From Candidatus Saccharicenans sp. (GTDB lineage: Bacteria; Acidobacteriota; Aminicenantia; Aminicenantales; Saccharicenantaceae): a stretch of 64,000 bases of DNA. Positions 31,498 through 40,350 of this stretch are shown one piece after another (the stretch's first letter is position 1; each line of letters opens with the position of its first letter). Below the pieces are notes generated by a model that was given only the letters and a program-made list of their open reading frames with translations, did not search any database and was not told the DNA's origin. Position numbers and translations under genes: made by a program. The stretch lies in contig JAOAIU010000007.1 in assembly GCA_026414545.1 (NCBI GenBank), positions 39,261 to 103,260 on the forward strand, in the 5' to 3' direction.

Positions 31498-32845
31498 AAA
31501 CCCGGGTCCTGTTTTCAAGGTTGCGTTTCCTGATGTAAAGGAAAAGCTCAATTAAGTCCCGGCGCCTGAGCTCTTCTGTTTCCACGGCGAAGGCGGTGGA
31601 ACGGTACAGGTCCCAGTCGCCGGCAATTTCAAGCGGCAGCTTCAGGTTACGTTGCAACTCACTTCCGGGCGTCAGGTAAAAAACCGAAGGCCCCACCAGC
31701 ACCCCGGCCTCCAGCAGTTTCTCGCTGGTGTTCACAATTTCCTCCCGGCTCTGGCCGGGCAGTCCAAGGATCAGGTAAACGGTCACAAAGAATCCCAGCC
31801 TCCTGGCCATCTTCAACAGGTCAAAAAATTCGGCCTCGTCCTTTTTTTGCGGCCGGTGGTATCTTTGCCTTACGTCCGCATTCCCGGATACCCAGGACAA
31901 GTCCAGTTTCCTGACGCCAGCTCTCTTCATCAGTTCCAGCAGATCCCCATCCAGATTTTCATAACCCAGGCCATTCATGAAGGTCAACTCGCATCTCTCC
32001 AGCTCCGGGTCAGTCGCCACCGCCTCCAGGAACTCCACCAACCAGCCACGGTCAAAGGCCAGGTTGTCGTCTTCAAAGTTAAACAGCCTGACACCGCGGT
32101 AACGGTAGTTCCAGCGCATCTCCTCCAGGACGGAAGAAACTGTCCGATAATCCATCCGCCTTCCAAAAACCAGATGGATGTTGCAGAAGGAACAATTCTG
32201 CGGACAGCCACGGCTGGCCTGGAGCGACAGGTAATTCTTCTTTCCGATACGGTAAGACGAAGGTTCCAGAAGCTCGTGGGCTGGCCGCAGTTTTTTCCAG
32301 TCCAGGGGCTGAAAGCTGATTATCTCCTGCCTGGCGTTGGCCAGACTGTTTTCTCCAATAAACCGGGGCAGACAGCTTTCGGCCGGCCCGGCCAGAATAT
32401 AATCAATCTCCGGCACCCTGGTCTTAATCTCATCCCGGCAGCAGGTGGCCTGGTTGCCACCCACAACGACTGGAACCCTGAATTTCTTTTTGAGCTCCCG
32501 AACCAGTTCCGCAGCCGTGCTGAAATAAGCAGCAAAGGAGCTGTTGATGGCGATTAGATCTGGGCAGTTCTCCCCCACCCTGGTTAGGACCTGCTCCGTG
32601 GTCATTCCAAAGCGCTGAAAGCTCTTGAAAAAAAGAGGTTGACCCAGGTGCTGCTTTAAATAAGAGAACTTCTGAGGCAAGGGCAGCTGTTTCTTTCTCA
32701 GCGGTTTCAAGCAGTCGAGGATTTCCACCTGGAAGCCCATGACTTTAAGTACCGAGGCCGCATACAGCAGGCCCAGGGGATAAAGTCGGATGGGCGTGGT
32801 GTAAAAATCCTCGAGCGGCGGCTGGATCAGCAGGATTCTCTTCAT
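31478..32845 (-). CDS. B12-binding-domain radical SAM protein
   Basis: N-terminal cobalamin-binding Rossmann-like domain (LLIQPP...VLKVMGFQVEILD). Radical SAM CxxxCxxC cluster (ASRGCPQNCSFC). Confidence 0.7.
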   Translation of the reverse strand: MKRILLIQPPLEDFYTTPIRLYPLGLLYAASVLKVMGFQVEILDCLKPLRKKQLPLPQKFSYLKQHLGQPLFFKSFQRFGMTTEQVLTRVGENCPDLIAINSSFAAYFSTAAELVRELKKKFRVPVVVGGNQATCCRDEIKTRVPEIDYILAGPAESCLPRFIGENSLANARQEIISFQPLDWKKLRPAHELLEPSSYRIGKKNYLSLQASRGCPQNCSFCNIHLVFGRRMDYRTVSSVLEEMRWNYRYRGVRLFNFEDDNLAFDRGWLVEFLEAVATDPELERCELTFMNGLGYENLDGDLLELMKRAGVRKLDLSWVSGNADVRQRYHRPQKKDEAEFFDLLKMARRLGFFVTVYLILGLPGQSREEIVNTSEKLLEAGVLVGPSVFYLTPGSELQRNLKLPLEIAGDWDLYRSTAFAVETEELRRRDLIELFLYIRKRNLENRTRVFRVSTS

Positions 32846-32873
32846 CGTTACAACAGCCGGCTGGCAGGCCCGG

Positions 32874-34292
32874 CTACTCGTTCGTGCCCGCAGGCTGGCT
32901 TTCGACTTCAGTCCCGGGTCCGCTGCCAGATTCTTTTTTCTTCCAGTAGAAATAGGCCGGCACCCCCAGGACGATGATGGCCAGCCCGGCCAGGGAGTTC
33001 CAGAATTCCTTTAAGAGCGAATTCAAAGAAATCAGGAAGGCAGCCAGCACGAAGAGAGCCGGGGTCAGCGGATAACCCCAGGTCTTATAGGGCCGGGGCA
33101 GGTCCGGACGCTTTTTCCTAAGAACAATTACAGCCGCCCCGGTCAACCCGAAGAACAGCCACTGCCCGAAGACAACATAGGTGAAAAGCTGTTCAAATGT
33201 CCCGGACAGGCTGAGAACCACGCTCCACAGGCTTATGGCAATTATGGACACATGCGGGGTCAGGTAGCGGGGATGGACCCGGGCAATATTCCTGAAGAAT
33301 AATCCGTCCCGCGACATGGCAAAATAAACCCTGGGTGAACAGAGAAGATTTTGGTTAGCCGCACCCATGATCGAGAAAAGGATTATAAAAGAAATGAGGG
33401 AAGCCCCGGCCGGCCCCACTGCCGCCTTCATGGCTTCAGCTGCCACCCGCGGAGTCCGGGCAATCACCTCGGAAGGCAGGACATAAAGGTAGGCCAGATT
33501 GGCCAGCAGGTACAGGGCGATGACCGCGGTCAGACCGATCAGGATTCCCAGGGGCAGGTTCCGCTCAGGTTGCTTGACTTCCCCGGCGCTGTAGGTAGCC
33601 GATTCCCAGCCTTTGTAAGCCCAGAAGGTAGCCACCAGAGCCACACCGAAGGCGCTCAGCAGGTTCATCGAAAATTTCCCGGGCTGGGGCTCGACCAGGT
33701 TTTCCGGGTTCCCTTTCCCGAATAAAAAAATGGTAGCGCAGATACCAAAAATGGCCGCAGACTTTATGAAGGTCAGCAGGTTCTGGAGGTTGGCTCCCCA
33801 GCGGACACCAATATAGTTCACCGCTGCCAGAAAGCCGATGAATAGCACGGCCACCAGTTTGGAGACGAGCGGAGACATTTTGAAAAAGTAAGGAAGGTAA
33901 TTGGCGGAAAAGGCCACGGCCAGGGTGGCAATGGCCCCGGAGTCAATCACCAGGAAAAGCGTCCAGCCGAAGAGGAAAGACAGCAGGGAGCCGTAGGCCT
34001 CTCGCAGGTAAACATACATACCCCCGGCTTCGGGCATGGCCGCACCCAGCTCGGCGAAGGACAGAGCTCCCAGGAAACTGAGAAACCCACCAACCACCCA
34101 GACCAGGAGCATCATCGTCGGCGATTTGACTTCCAGGGCGATTTTGGCCGGCACCAGGAAAATTCCAGAACCAATAACCCCGCCTATCACTATTGAAACC
34201 ACATCCAGCCTGGTCAGAACCCGGGGCAGGGTCAGTCTGGTCCTGTCTGCCGGGCTGCAGGTTGGGGCCTGTCTTTTTTTCTCCATCCGCAT
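32874..34292 (-). CDS. Amino acid permease (APC superfamily)
   Basis: Twelve-TM protein with the APC N-terminal signature LDVVSIVIGGVIGSGIFLVP. A 28-nt gap separates it from the radical SAM gene on the same strand. Confidence 0.85.
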   Translation of the reverse strand: MRMEKKRQAPTCSPADRTRLTLPRVLTRLDVVSIVIGGVIGSGIFLVPAKIALEVKSPTMMLLVWVVGGFLSFLGALSFAELGAAMPEAGGMYVYLREAYGSLLSFLFGWTLFLVIDSGAIATLAVAFSANYLPYFFKMSPLVSKLVAVLFIGFLAAVNYIGVRWGANLQNLLTFIKSAAIFGICATIFLFGKGNPENLVEPQPGKFSMNLLSAFGVALVATFWAYKGWESATYSAGEVKQPERNLPLGILIGLTAVIALYLLANLAYLYVLPSEVIARTPRVAAEAMKAAVGPAGASLISFIILFSIMGAANQNLLCSPRVYFAMSRDGLFFRNIARVHPRYLTPHVSIIAISLWSVVLSLSGTFEQLFTYVVFGQWLFFGLTGAAVIVLRKKRPDLPRPYKTWGYPLTPALFVLAAFLISLNSLLKEFWNSLAGLAIIVLGVPAYFYWKKKESGSGPGTEVESQPAGTNE

Positions 34293-34618
34293 TCTCCTTG
34301 TTACGGAAATCCTGCCAACGGAACCCGGGCCTCGTCCTCAGGCGGCCTGCGCCCGCTGAGGCCTAAAGCAGCGGACAATAATGAGGAGATTTTAACAGCA
34401 AGGGCCTCGAAGTTCAATCTGGCGAGCGGACCCGACCGTCCTTCCCCAGTCTGTCATGTTGACATAGGAAAACAGCTTCTTTTATTATCAAGCTAAAAGG
34501 GAAGAAAACAATACTCAGTATTAAAGGCAGCTTTTTGGGCTGGGCCAAGATCATCATCTTAGGCTCACTGGTAGGCCAGGCCTGACTTCCAGCTCGCCTA
34601 ACTTATCAGTCCATTCCG

Positions 34619-35167
34619 GTGACCAGTCTGCCGCCCGAGGCCATGGTCATTTTGGACGGAAAGAACGCCGGAAGGACACCGCTCACCCTTCGCCTCGACA
34701 GATACAGAGAGCATGTGGTCCGCATCGAGAAAGAGGGCTATAAGCCGGCCAGAATCAGATTTGAAATCAACAAGCATAAGTATGCCGCCAGGCGTGCTGG
34801 GCAGATTGTCGTGGGCATAACCTTGGCGCTCGTTGGCGCAGCTTTAGGGGGCTGAGTCGCCCATCTTACTTCACCGGCTGAACCGGGCGGCCATAATCCC
34901 GGCGCCTGGCTCCTGGCCGGGGCCCCGGCGGGAATGGTCCCGGGCACATTGATCGTCGTTTCCAGTTTGAAGCCAGGAGCCTGGACCGGTCTTTGGCCCG
35001 ACACACTCTACATCATTCTGGAAAAAGAAGATTCGCCGCGGCCCAGTTCAGACATCACCCTCACCGCCGAGGAATTCGACCAGCTGCGCCGGGTGAGCCT
35101 CGTCTGCGCTGATGTGCCGGGAGAAAACGCCTCCGGCCTCAGGAACCAACTTCCTTTCACCAGGTGA
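34619..35167 (+). pseudogene. PEGA-domain membrane protein ORF interrupted by a single in-frame TGA (34853-34855); pseudogene or recoding candidate
   Basis: GTG start. PEGA-like PPEAMVILDGKNAGRTPLTL motif, then a TM helix IVVGITLALVGAALGG. After the TGA the same frame stays open for 104 codons to a stop at 35167. Codon-by-codon check confirms one stop codon interrupts one continuous frame. Confidence 0.3.
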
Positions 35168-35230
35168 ACAGATCCGAAGCTTTTTCCAGGCATTGCTTCC
35201 CCAGCCGCCACATCAACTTAGGGCCGCATC

Positions 35231-36748
35231 TCAACCAAGTCGGTCCAGCGAGCGGTACTGGATGGCCTCGGCCACGGCCGCGGCTGAAATTCGTTCCTCA
35301 CCACTCAGGTCAGCCACTGTCCTGGCCACTTTCAGGATGCGGTCATAGGCCCGGGCGCTGAAGCGAAAGCGCTTCATGGCCGCTTCCATCAGCCTGGAAG
35401 CGTCCTGGTCCAGCCAGCAGAACTGCCGTAGGTCACGCGAGGTCAGGCCGGCGTTGGAAAAAATTTTCCTTCCCCTGAATCTTTCCAGCTGAATTTTGCG
35501 GGCTGCCGAGACCCTTTCCCTGATGGCAGCCGAGGACTCCCCCGGGGACCGGCCGATGATGTCCTGGTACTTTACGGGTGGCACCTCGACCTGGATATCA
35601 ATCCTGTCCAGCAGGGGTTTTGACAGCCGCGCGTAATATTTTCTCCGTTCCATCTCGGTGCAGTTGACCTCAGGCCCGGAGCCCAGGAAAACATCAGCGC
35701 AGGGATTCATGGCCGCCACCAGCATGAAGGCGCAGGGATAGGACAGGCTGCCAGCCACCCGGGAAATGGTCACCCAGCCGTCCTCCAGTGGCTGGCGCAG
35801 GCTCTCCAGGGCCTGGCGACTGAATTCGGGAAATTCATCCATGAACAGCACCCCGCGGTGGGCCAGGCTGACCTCGCCCGGCCTGGGGTAATTGCCGCCG
35901 CCGACCAGCCCGGTGTCGGTGATGGTATGATGCGGAGACCGAAAAGGGCGCTGGCTGATGGCCGCCCTGTCCCCCAGCAACCCGGCCGAACTGTAAATCT
36001 GAGTGACTTCTATTATTTCTTCAAAGGTCATCTCCGGCAGGATGGTCGGCAGCCTCCTGGCCAGCATGGTCTTGCCGGAACCGGGTGGACCGATCATCAG
36101 CAGGTTATGACCGCCGGCCGCGGCCACTTCCATGGCCCGCTTGGCCTGCTGCTGACCACGCACTTCAGAAAAATCAAGCTCGCTGCCGGTTGGGCCGATG
36201 AGCTCTTCCTGGCTATAGCTGGAAGGCTGGTGTTCATCCCGGCCGTCAAGGAGCCTTATCACTTCCAGCAGGTGGTTGACGCCATAGACCTTGGTCTCGC
36301 GGACCAGGCAGGCCTCCCGCGAGTTTCTCCCGGGCAAGACCAGGCCGTCAAGTTTTTTTCGGCTGGCCAGCAGGGAAAAGGGCAATCCTCCCCTGACCGC
36401 CTTCAAGCTTCCTTCCAGGGTCAACTCGCCCACAAAAATAAACCTGGCCAGCTTATCAACCGGAACCATGCCCAGGTAGGCCAGCAGGCCCAGGGCAATT
36501 GGCAGGTCAAAAGCCGAACCTTCTTTTTTGCGGCTGGCCGGGGCCAGGTTGATGATGATCTTCTTGGCGGGAAATTCAAAGCCGCAATTCCTGAGGGCAG
36601 CTCGTACCCGTTCTTTGCTCTCCCTGACTGCGGCATCAGGCAGGCCGACAATGATGAAGGCAGGAAGGCCCGGGGAGATATCAACCTCAACTTCCACCTG
36701 ATAGGCCTCTATTCCGTGCAGGGAGGCACTGATGATTCTGATGAGCAT
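35231..36748 (-). CDS. comM: Mg-chelatase-like AAA+ ATPase YifB/ComM
   Basis: N-terminal Lon-like domain. Walker A GPPGSGKTML. C-terminal ChlI-like domain. Matches ComM along its full length. Confidence 0.9.
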   Translation of the reverse strand: MLIRIISASLHGIEAYQVEVEVDISPGLPAFIIVGLPDAAVRESKERVRAALRNCGFEFPAKKIIINLAPASRKKEGSAFDLPIALGLLAYLGMVPVDKLARFIFVGELTLEGSLKAVRGGLPFSLLASRKKLDGLVLPGRNSREACLVRETKVYGVNHLLEVIRLLDGRDEHQPSSYSQEELIGPTGSELDFSEVRGQQQAKRAMEVAAAGGHNLLMIGPPGSGKTMLARRLPTILPEMTFEEIIEVTQIYSSAGLLGDRAAISQRPFRSPHHTITDTGLVGGGNYPRPGEVSLAHRGVLFMDEFPEFSRQALESLRQPLEDGWVTISRVAGSLSYPCAFMLVAAMNPCADVFLGSGPEVNCTEMERRKYYARLSKPLLDRIDIQVEVPPVKYQDIIGRSPGESSAAIRERVSAARKIQLERFRGRKIFSNAGLTSRDLRQFCWLDQDASRLMEAAMKRFRFSARAYDRILKVARTVADLSGEERISAAAVAEAIQYRSLDRLG

Positions 36749-36795
36749 GATGCCAGAACTAAGGACGCAGAGGGGAGGGGAAAATTCTCAGTGAT

Positions 36796-37662
36796 TCATT
36801 TCTTGGCGGTCAGGCCAAATTCTTTTGACAGTCGCTCTATTTCCTGTTCAATGTCTTCTATTGACTGAACTTTTATTTTGGTGGTGGGAAAGGGAGTTTC
36901 ATCCCCGGGTCGAACAAAATCAATTCTCACCTCGGGTTGTTTTCGGCCGCGGCCTTTACGGGCTGGGGCTGGAGCGGCGGCTTCTACCTGGGCCGGAGAG
37001 GTAACGATTTCAGCCGGGGCGAAATCGCGGCCCTCGGCCTCTTCCATTTCCGCTTCCCTAGGTCTCTTTTCTCCCAGCACCCGCTCCCGGACCACGGGCA
37101 CGGTCAACCGGGCGATCTCCTTCAAGGTTTCCAGCACTCCCCGACCGTTGATGGCTTCGGCCTCGATGTAAGGAGCATTGCGGTGGTTAAGCAGACGGTT
37201 AAACGTCTCAACCGGAATCAGGTTGGGCAGGTCTCTCTTATTATACTGAAAGACCAATGGAATGCGGTTAAGGTCTATGTTATGCTCCAGGCAGTTCCGC
37301 CTCAAGCCGTCAAAACTTTCCAGGTTGGCATCGAGCAGCGGCATCTGGGAATCAGCCACGAAGACAATGCCGTCAGCTCCCTTCAGAACGCTCTTGCGCG
37401 AGGCCTCGTAAAAAACCTGGCCGGGAACTGTCAGAAGCTGAAAATGGACCTTGAAATCTCTGATGAGGCCGGCCCTGATGGGCAGCAGGTCAAAGAAAAA
37501 AGTCCTTTCGGTCTCGGTTTCCAGACAAACCAGCTCACCGCGGTAGGCCGGTTCCAGCTTGAAATAGATATATCTGAGGTTGGTGGTCTTGCCGCTCAGG
37601 CCCGGTCCATAGTAGACAATTTTGATCGCTATATTTTTGGTGACATAGTTGACATAGGCCAT
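36796..37662 (-). CDS. mglA: MglA-like Ras-superfamily small GTPase with ~90-aa C-terminal extension
   Basis: Near-identical motif layout to Myxococcus MglA: KIVYYGPGLSGKTTNL, TVPGQ, VFVADSQ, QYNKRDLP. Followed by an extra acidic/basic tail (EAEMEEAEGRD...KGRGRKQ...). No mglB-like gene is adjacent. Confidence 0.8.
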   Translation of the reverse strand: MAYVNYVTKNIAIKIVYYGPGLSGKTTNLRYIYFKLEPAYRGELVCLETETERTFFFDLLPIRAGLIRDFKVHFQLLTVPGQVFYEASRKSVLKGADGIVFVADSQMPLLDANLESFDGLRRNCLEHNIDLNRIPLVFQYNKRDLPNLIPVETFNRLLNHRNAPYIEAEAINGRGVLETLKEIARLTVPVVRERVLGEKRPREAEMEEAEGRDFAPAEIVTSPAQVEAAAPAPARKGRGRKQPEVRIDFVRPGDETPFPTTKIKVQSIEDIEQEIERLSKEFGLTAKK

Positions 37663-37848
37663 CTATTGAAGTCTCCCCATCAGGGCTATTGTTAGCACAC
37701 CACAAGAATTTAGTCAACCAGCAGAGGCAGCGGTTGAAAAATAAGGCAGTAAATTGCAAACCACGGAGGGCTGTGCTATTTTTTCAACTGCCGGCCGGCG
37801 GCCCGATTCCAGGCCGTCGCGAACTATAGGTTTACAAAGGAGAACAAC

Positions 37849-38319
37849 TTGGCAGAGCAAGATTATCGTTCCAGGCCCAGGGTAGCAGTCATAGGCGGAA
37901 ACCGGCCCGACCCTGAGTCCATGAAGACTGCCTACCGGGTCGGCCAGCTGCTGGCAGAAAGAGGCGCAATCCTGGTCTGCGGCGGACTGGGCGGAGTCAT
38001 GGAAGAAGCAGCCCGGGGCTGCCGGGAAGCAGGTGGACTGAGCCTGGGTATCCTTCCCGGCCAGAGTCTGGAAGAAGCCAACGATTATATTGATATACCG
38101 GTGGCCACCGGCATCGGCTACAACCGGAACTCCCTGGTAGTTCTCAACGCCCAGACCGTCATCGCCATAGACGGCGAATACGGAACGCTGAGCGAAATTG
38201 CCTTTGCCCGGATTTTTGGCCGGAAGGTCGTCGGCTTGAACACCTGGTCAATCCCCGGAGTCATCCCGGCCAGCTCTCCGGAAGAAGCGGTGAGCCTGGC
38301 TCTGGAAGGAATCAGATGA
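37849..38319 (+). CDS. LOG/SLOG-family Rossmann-fold protein (TIGR00725-like)
   Basis: TTG start with an AAAGGAG SD. Motifs VAVIGG...LVCGGLGGVMEEAARG...IAIDGEYGTLSEIAFA are typical of LOG-like nucleotide-binding proteins. Confidence 0.6.
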   Translation: MAEQDYRSRPRVAVIGGNRPDPESMKTAYRVGQLLAERGAILVCGGLGGVMEEAARGCREAGGLSLGILPGQSLEEANDYIDIPVATGIGYNRNSLVVLNAQTVIAIDGEYGTLSEIAFARIFGRKVVGLNTWSIPGVIPASSPEEAVSLALEGIR

Positions 38320-39143
38320 TACACAATATCAACCCGGAAGAACCCGCTCTCGCTGACGATGAGCCGGACCTTATCGAAAAAACCCAAGAAAGTCAGCTGC
38401 TGGACCTCCCTCTCCTCGAAAATTTCAAGCTGACCATATCCTACGACGGCACCGATTACCACGGCTGGCAACGACAGCCGAACCGGGTCACCATCCAGGG
38501 AAAGCTGGAAGATGTCCTGATGAGAATCATGGGCGAAAAAATCAACCTGCAGGCCGCGGGGCGCACCGATGCCGGGGTCCATGCCCTGGGTCAGGTGGCT
38601 AACTTCAGGGCCAACTGCCGCCTGAGCGAAGCGGAGCTACTCCGGGCCCTTAATGCCATGCTCCCCTTCGACATCCGCATCCTGAAGGTGGAAAAAGTGG
38701 GACCGAGTTTCCATGCCAGGAAATCGGCCCGGTCCAAGGTCTACCGATACCGGATAAAAATTTCTCCCATCATCAGTCCTTTCGATTACAGGTATGTGCT
38801 TCATTATCCTTACCCGCTGGACATCCAGACCATGGAAGATGCCGCCAAGCGCTTTGAGCGGGAAGCGGATTTTTCAGCCTTTTCTTCGGGTGATTACCCA
38901 AACCCGGTGAGGAAGGTCTTAAGTTCCAGGCTGGAGCATTGCGGAGACGAGCTGGTTTACACGGTCGAGGCCAACGGCTTCCTGCGCTACATGGTCAGAA
39001 CCATCGTCGGAACGCTGATCATGACCGGACGCGGACGGTTGAAACCCGATGACATCGACCTTCTTTTTGAGCAAAGAAAGAGGACTCTTTCCAGCCCCAG
39101 CGCCCCGGCCCGGGGGTTATGCCTGGTCCGGGTCAACTACTGA
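38316..39143 (+). CDS. truA: tRNA pseudouridine(38-40) synthase TruA
   Basis: TruA catalytic motif GRTDAGVHALGQV. Has an N-terminal extension of about 30 aa; the start may lie further downstream. Confidence 0.9.
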   Translation: MIHNINPEEPALADDEPDLIEKTQESQLLDLPLLENFKLTISYDGTDYHGWQRQPNRVTIQGKLEDVLMRIMGEKINLQAAGRTDAGVHALGQVANFRANCRLSEAELLRALNAMLPFDIRILKVEKVGPSFHARKSARSKVYRYRIKISPIISPFDYRYVLHYPYPLDIQTMEDAAKRFEREADFSAFSSGDYPNPVRKVLSSRLEHCGDELVYTVEANGFLRYMVRTIVGTLIMTGRGRLKPDDIDLLFEQRKRTLSSPSAPARGLCLVRVNY

Positions 39144-39147
39144 ACGG

Positions 39148-39645
39148 TCAGCTCAGAACCAGGCCCATAACATAAGCGTCTTCAACCGGACGACTGTAAT
39201 ATTCCTTCCGCACTCCAAGAATGGAAAAACCGAGCTTACGATAGAGAGACAGGGCCCGGTGGTTGCTGACCCGAACCTCCAGGGAGACAAAATGAACGCC
39301 GTTTTCTTTAAGCCGGTCCAGGACATGCCGCATGGCCAACTCTCCCAGGCCCTGGCCCTGGAAATCAGGATGGATGGCCACGTTGTTGACCTGGGCTTCG
39401 TCGCCTATCTGCCAGTAAATCACGTAACCGGCTACTCTCTTCTGCTCTCGGTGAACTACCACCAGGGGGAAAGAAATAGCCCGGTTCTGAATCTCACCGA
39501 GAAAAATCTCTCGGCTCCAGGGATTCGGAAAGCAGAGGTTCTCTATGGCCAGAACTTCCGGCAGGTCTTCCTCTCTCATTCTCCTGATGAGGACAGGAGA
39601 TTCATTGTTCGCCAGCAGTTCTTTTCTCCTCAGCCTGGGAGGCAC
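39148..39645 (-). CDS. rimI: Ribosomal-protein-alanine N-acetyltransferase RimI (GNAT)
   Basis: GNAT motifs QVNNVAIHPDFQGQGLG. GTG start with a 44-nt overlap with tsaB. The exact start is uncertain. Confidence 0.8.
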   Translation of the reverse strand: MPPRLRRKELLANNESPVLIRRMREEDLPEVLAIENLCFPNPWSREIFLGEIQNRAISFPLVVVHREQKRVAGYVIYWQIGDEAQVNNVAIHPDFQGQGLGELAMRHVLDRLKENGVHFVSLEVRVSNHRALSLYRKLGFSILGVRKEYYSRPVEDAYVMGLVLS

Positions 39646-40297
39646 GATAATAAATGGGTTGAAGCTCAGCCGGGCTGAGCCCCTTCCCGCCAGCCAGAAG
39701 CTTTTCGCCCACCAGCCCTACTTCCGCCGCGATGTAAAGGCTCCGGCTGGAGAAAACAGCCCGCGTTCCGAGCCCGTTTTCAATCAGCGAACGATATAGC
39801 TCCGCCCCGGTCCCGATAAAAGCGGCCTGGCCGCGGGAAGGCAATCGATTCAGGAAAATCTCGGGGCGATAGGCGCCGGCCGGAACCACCTCTCTCCACC
39901 CATGACCGTCAGCCAGATAAGCGCTGGCAAAAACCTCACCCTTGCGGGCATCAATCATCGGCACCATCAGGTCTACACCGGACGGCAGGAGCTTAAGGGC
40001 CAGAGCTTCCAGGGCAGAAACCCCGGCCAGAGGACGGCCCGATGCCTGGGCCAGTGCTTTTGCCAGGCTCAAGCCGATTCTAATTCCGGTAAAGGAGCCT
40101 GGCCCGGCGGCCACGGCCAGCCCTCCCAGGTCATCGAATTTCAGGCCGGCCACCCGAAGCGCCTCATCCACCGCCCGGAAGACCTGGCGCGAATGAGTGG
40201 AAGGGGAAGCGTAGTTGACCTCGGCCAGGACCTGGCCGTTTTCGATTACGGCCACAGACCCGAAGCGGGTGGTGGTATCGATGGCCAGCAGCAGCAT
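39602..40297 (-). CDS. tsaB: tRNA threonylcarbamoyladenosine biosynthesis protein TsaB (YeaZ)
   Basis: MLLLAIDTTTRFGSVAV...GPGSFTGIRIGL. Classic tsaB-rimI pairing. Confidence 0.85.
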   Translation of the reverse strand: MLLLAIDTTTRFGSVAVIENGQVLAEVNYASPSTHSRQVFRAVDEALRVAGLKFDDLGGLAVAAGPGSFTGIRIGLSLAKALAQASGRPLAGVSALEALALKLLPSGVDLMVPMIDARKGEVFASAYLADGHGWREVVPAGAYRPEIFLNRLPSRGQAAFIGTGAELYRSLIENGLGTRAVFSSRSLYIAAEVGLVGEKLLAGGKGLSPAELQPIYYRASQAEEKRTAGEQ

Positions 40298-40350
40298 CCT
40301 CTTCCTTTATCGTGCTCTGAGATTATTATTTATTATTGGTGATCTGACCC

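Noticed and set aside
34853-34855. Possibility that TGA is recoded genome-wide (for example as Gly or Trp), which would explain the in-frame TGA
   Set aside because: Many well-defined genes in the window terminate with TGA at the position expected from homology (for example the DRG GTPase and the anti-sigma factor). TGA is therefore a functional stop here.
35858-37695. Plus-strand ORFs 35858-36868 and 36937-37695 (336 and 252 aa)
   Set aside because: They are antisense to comM and the mglA-like gene, both of which have unambiguous family motifs.
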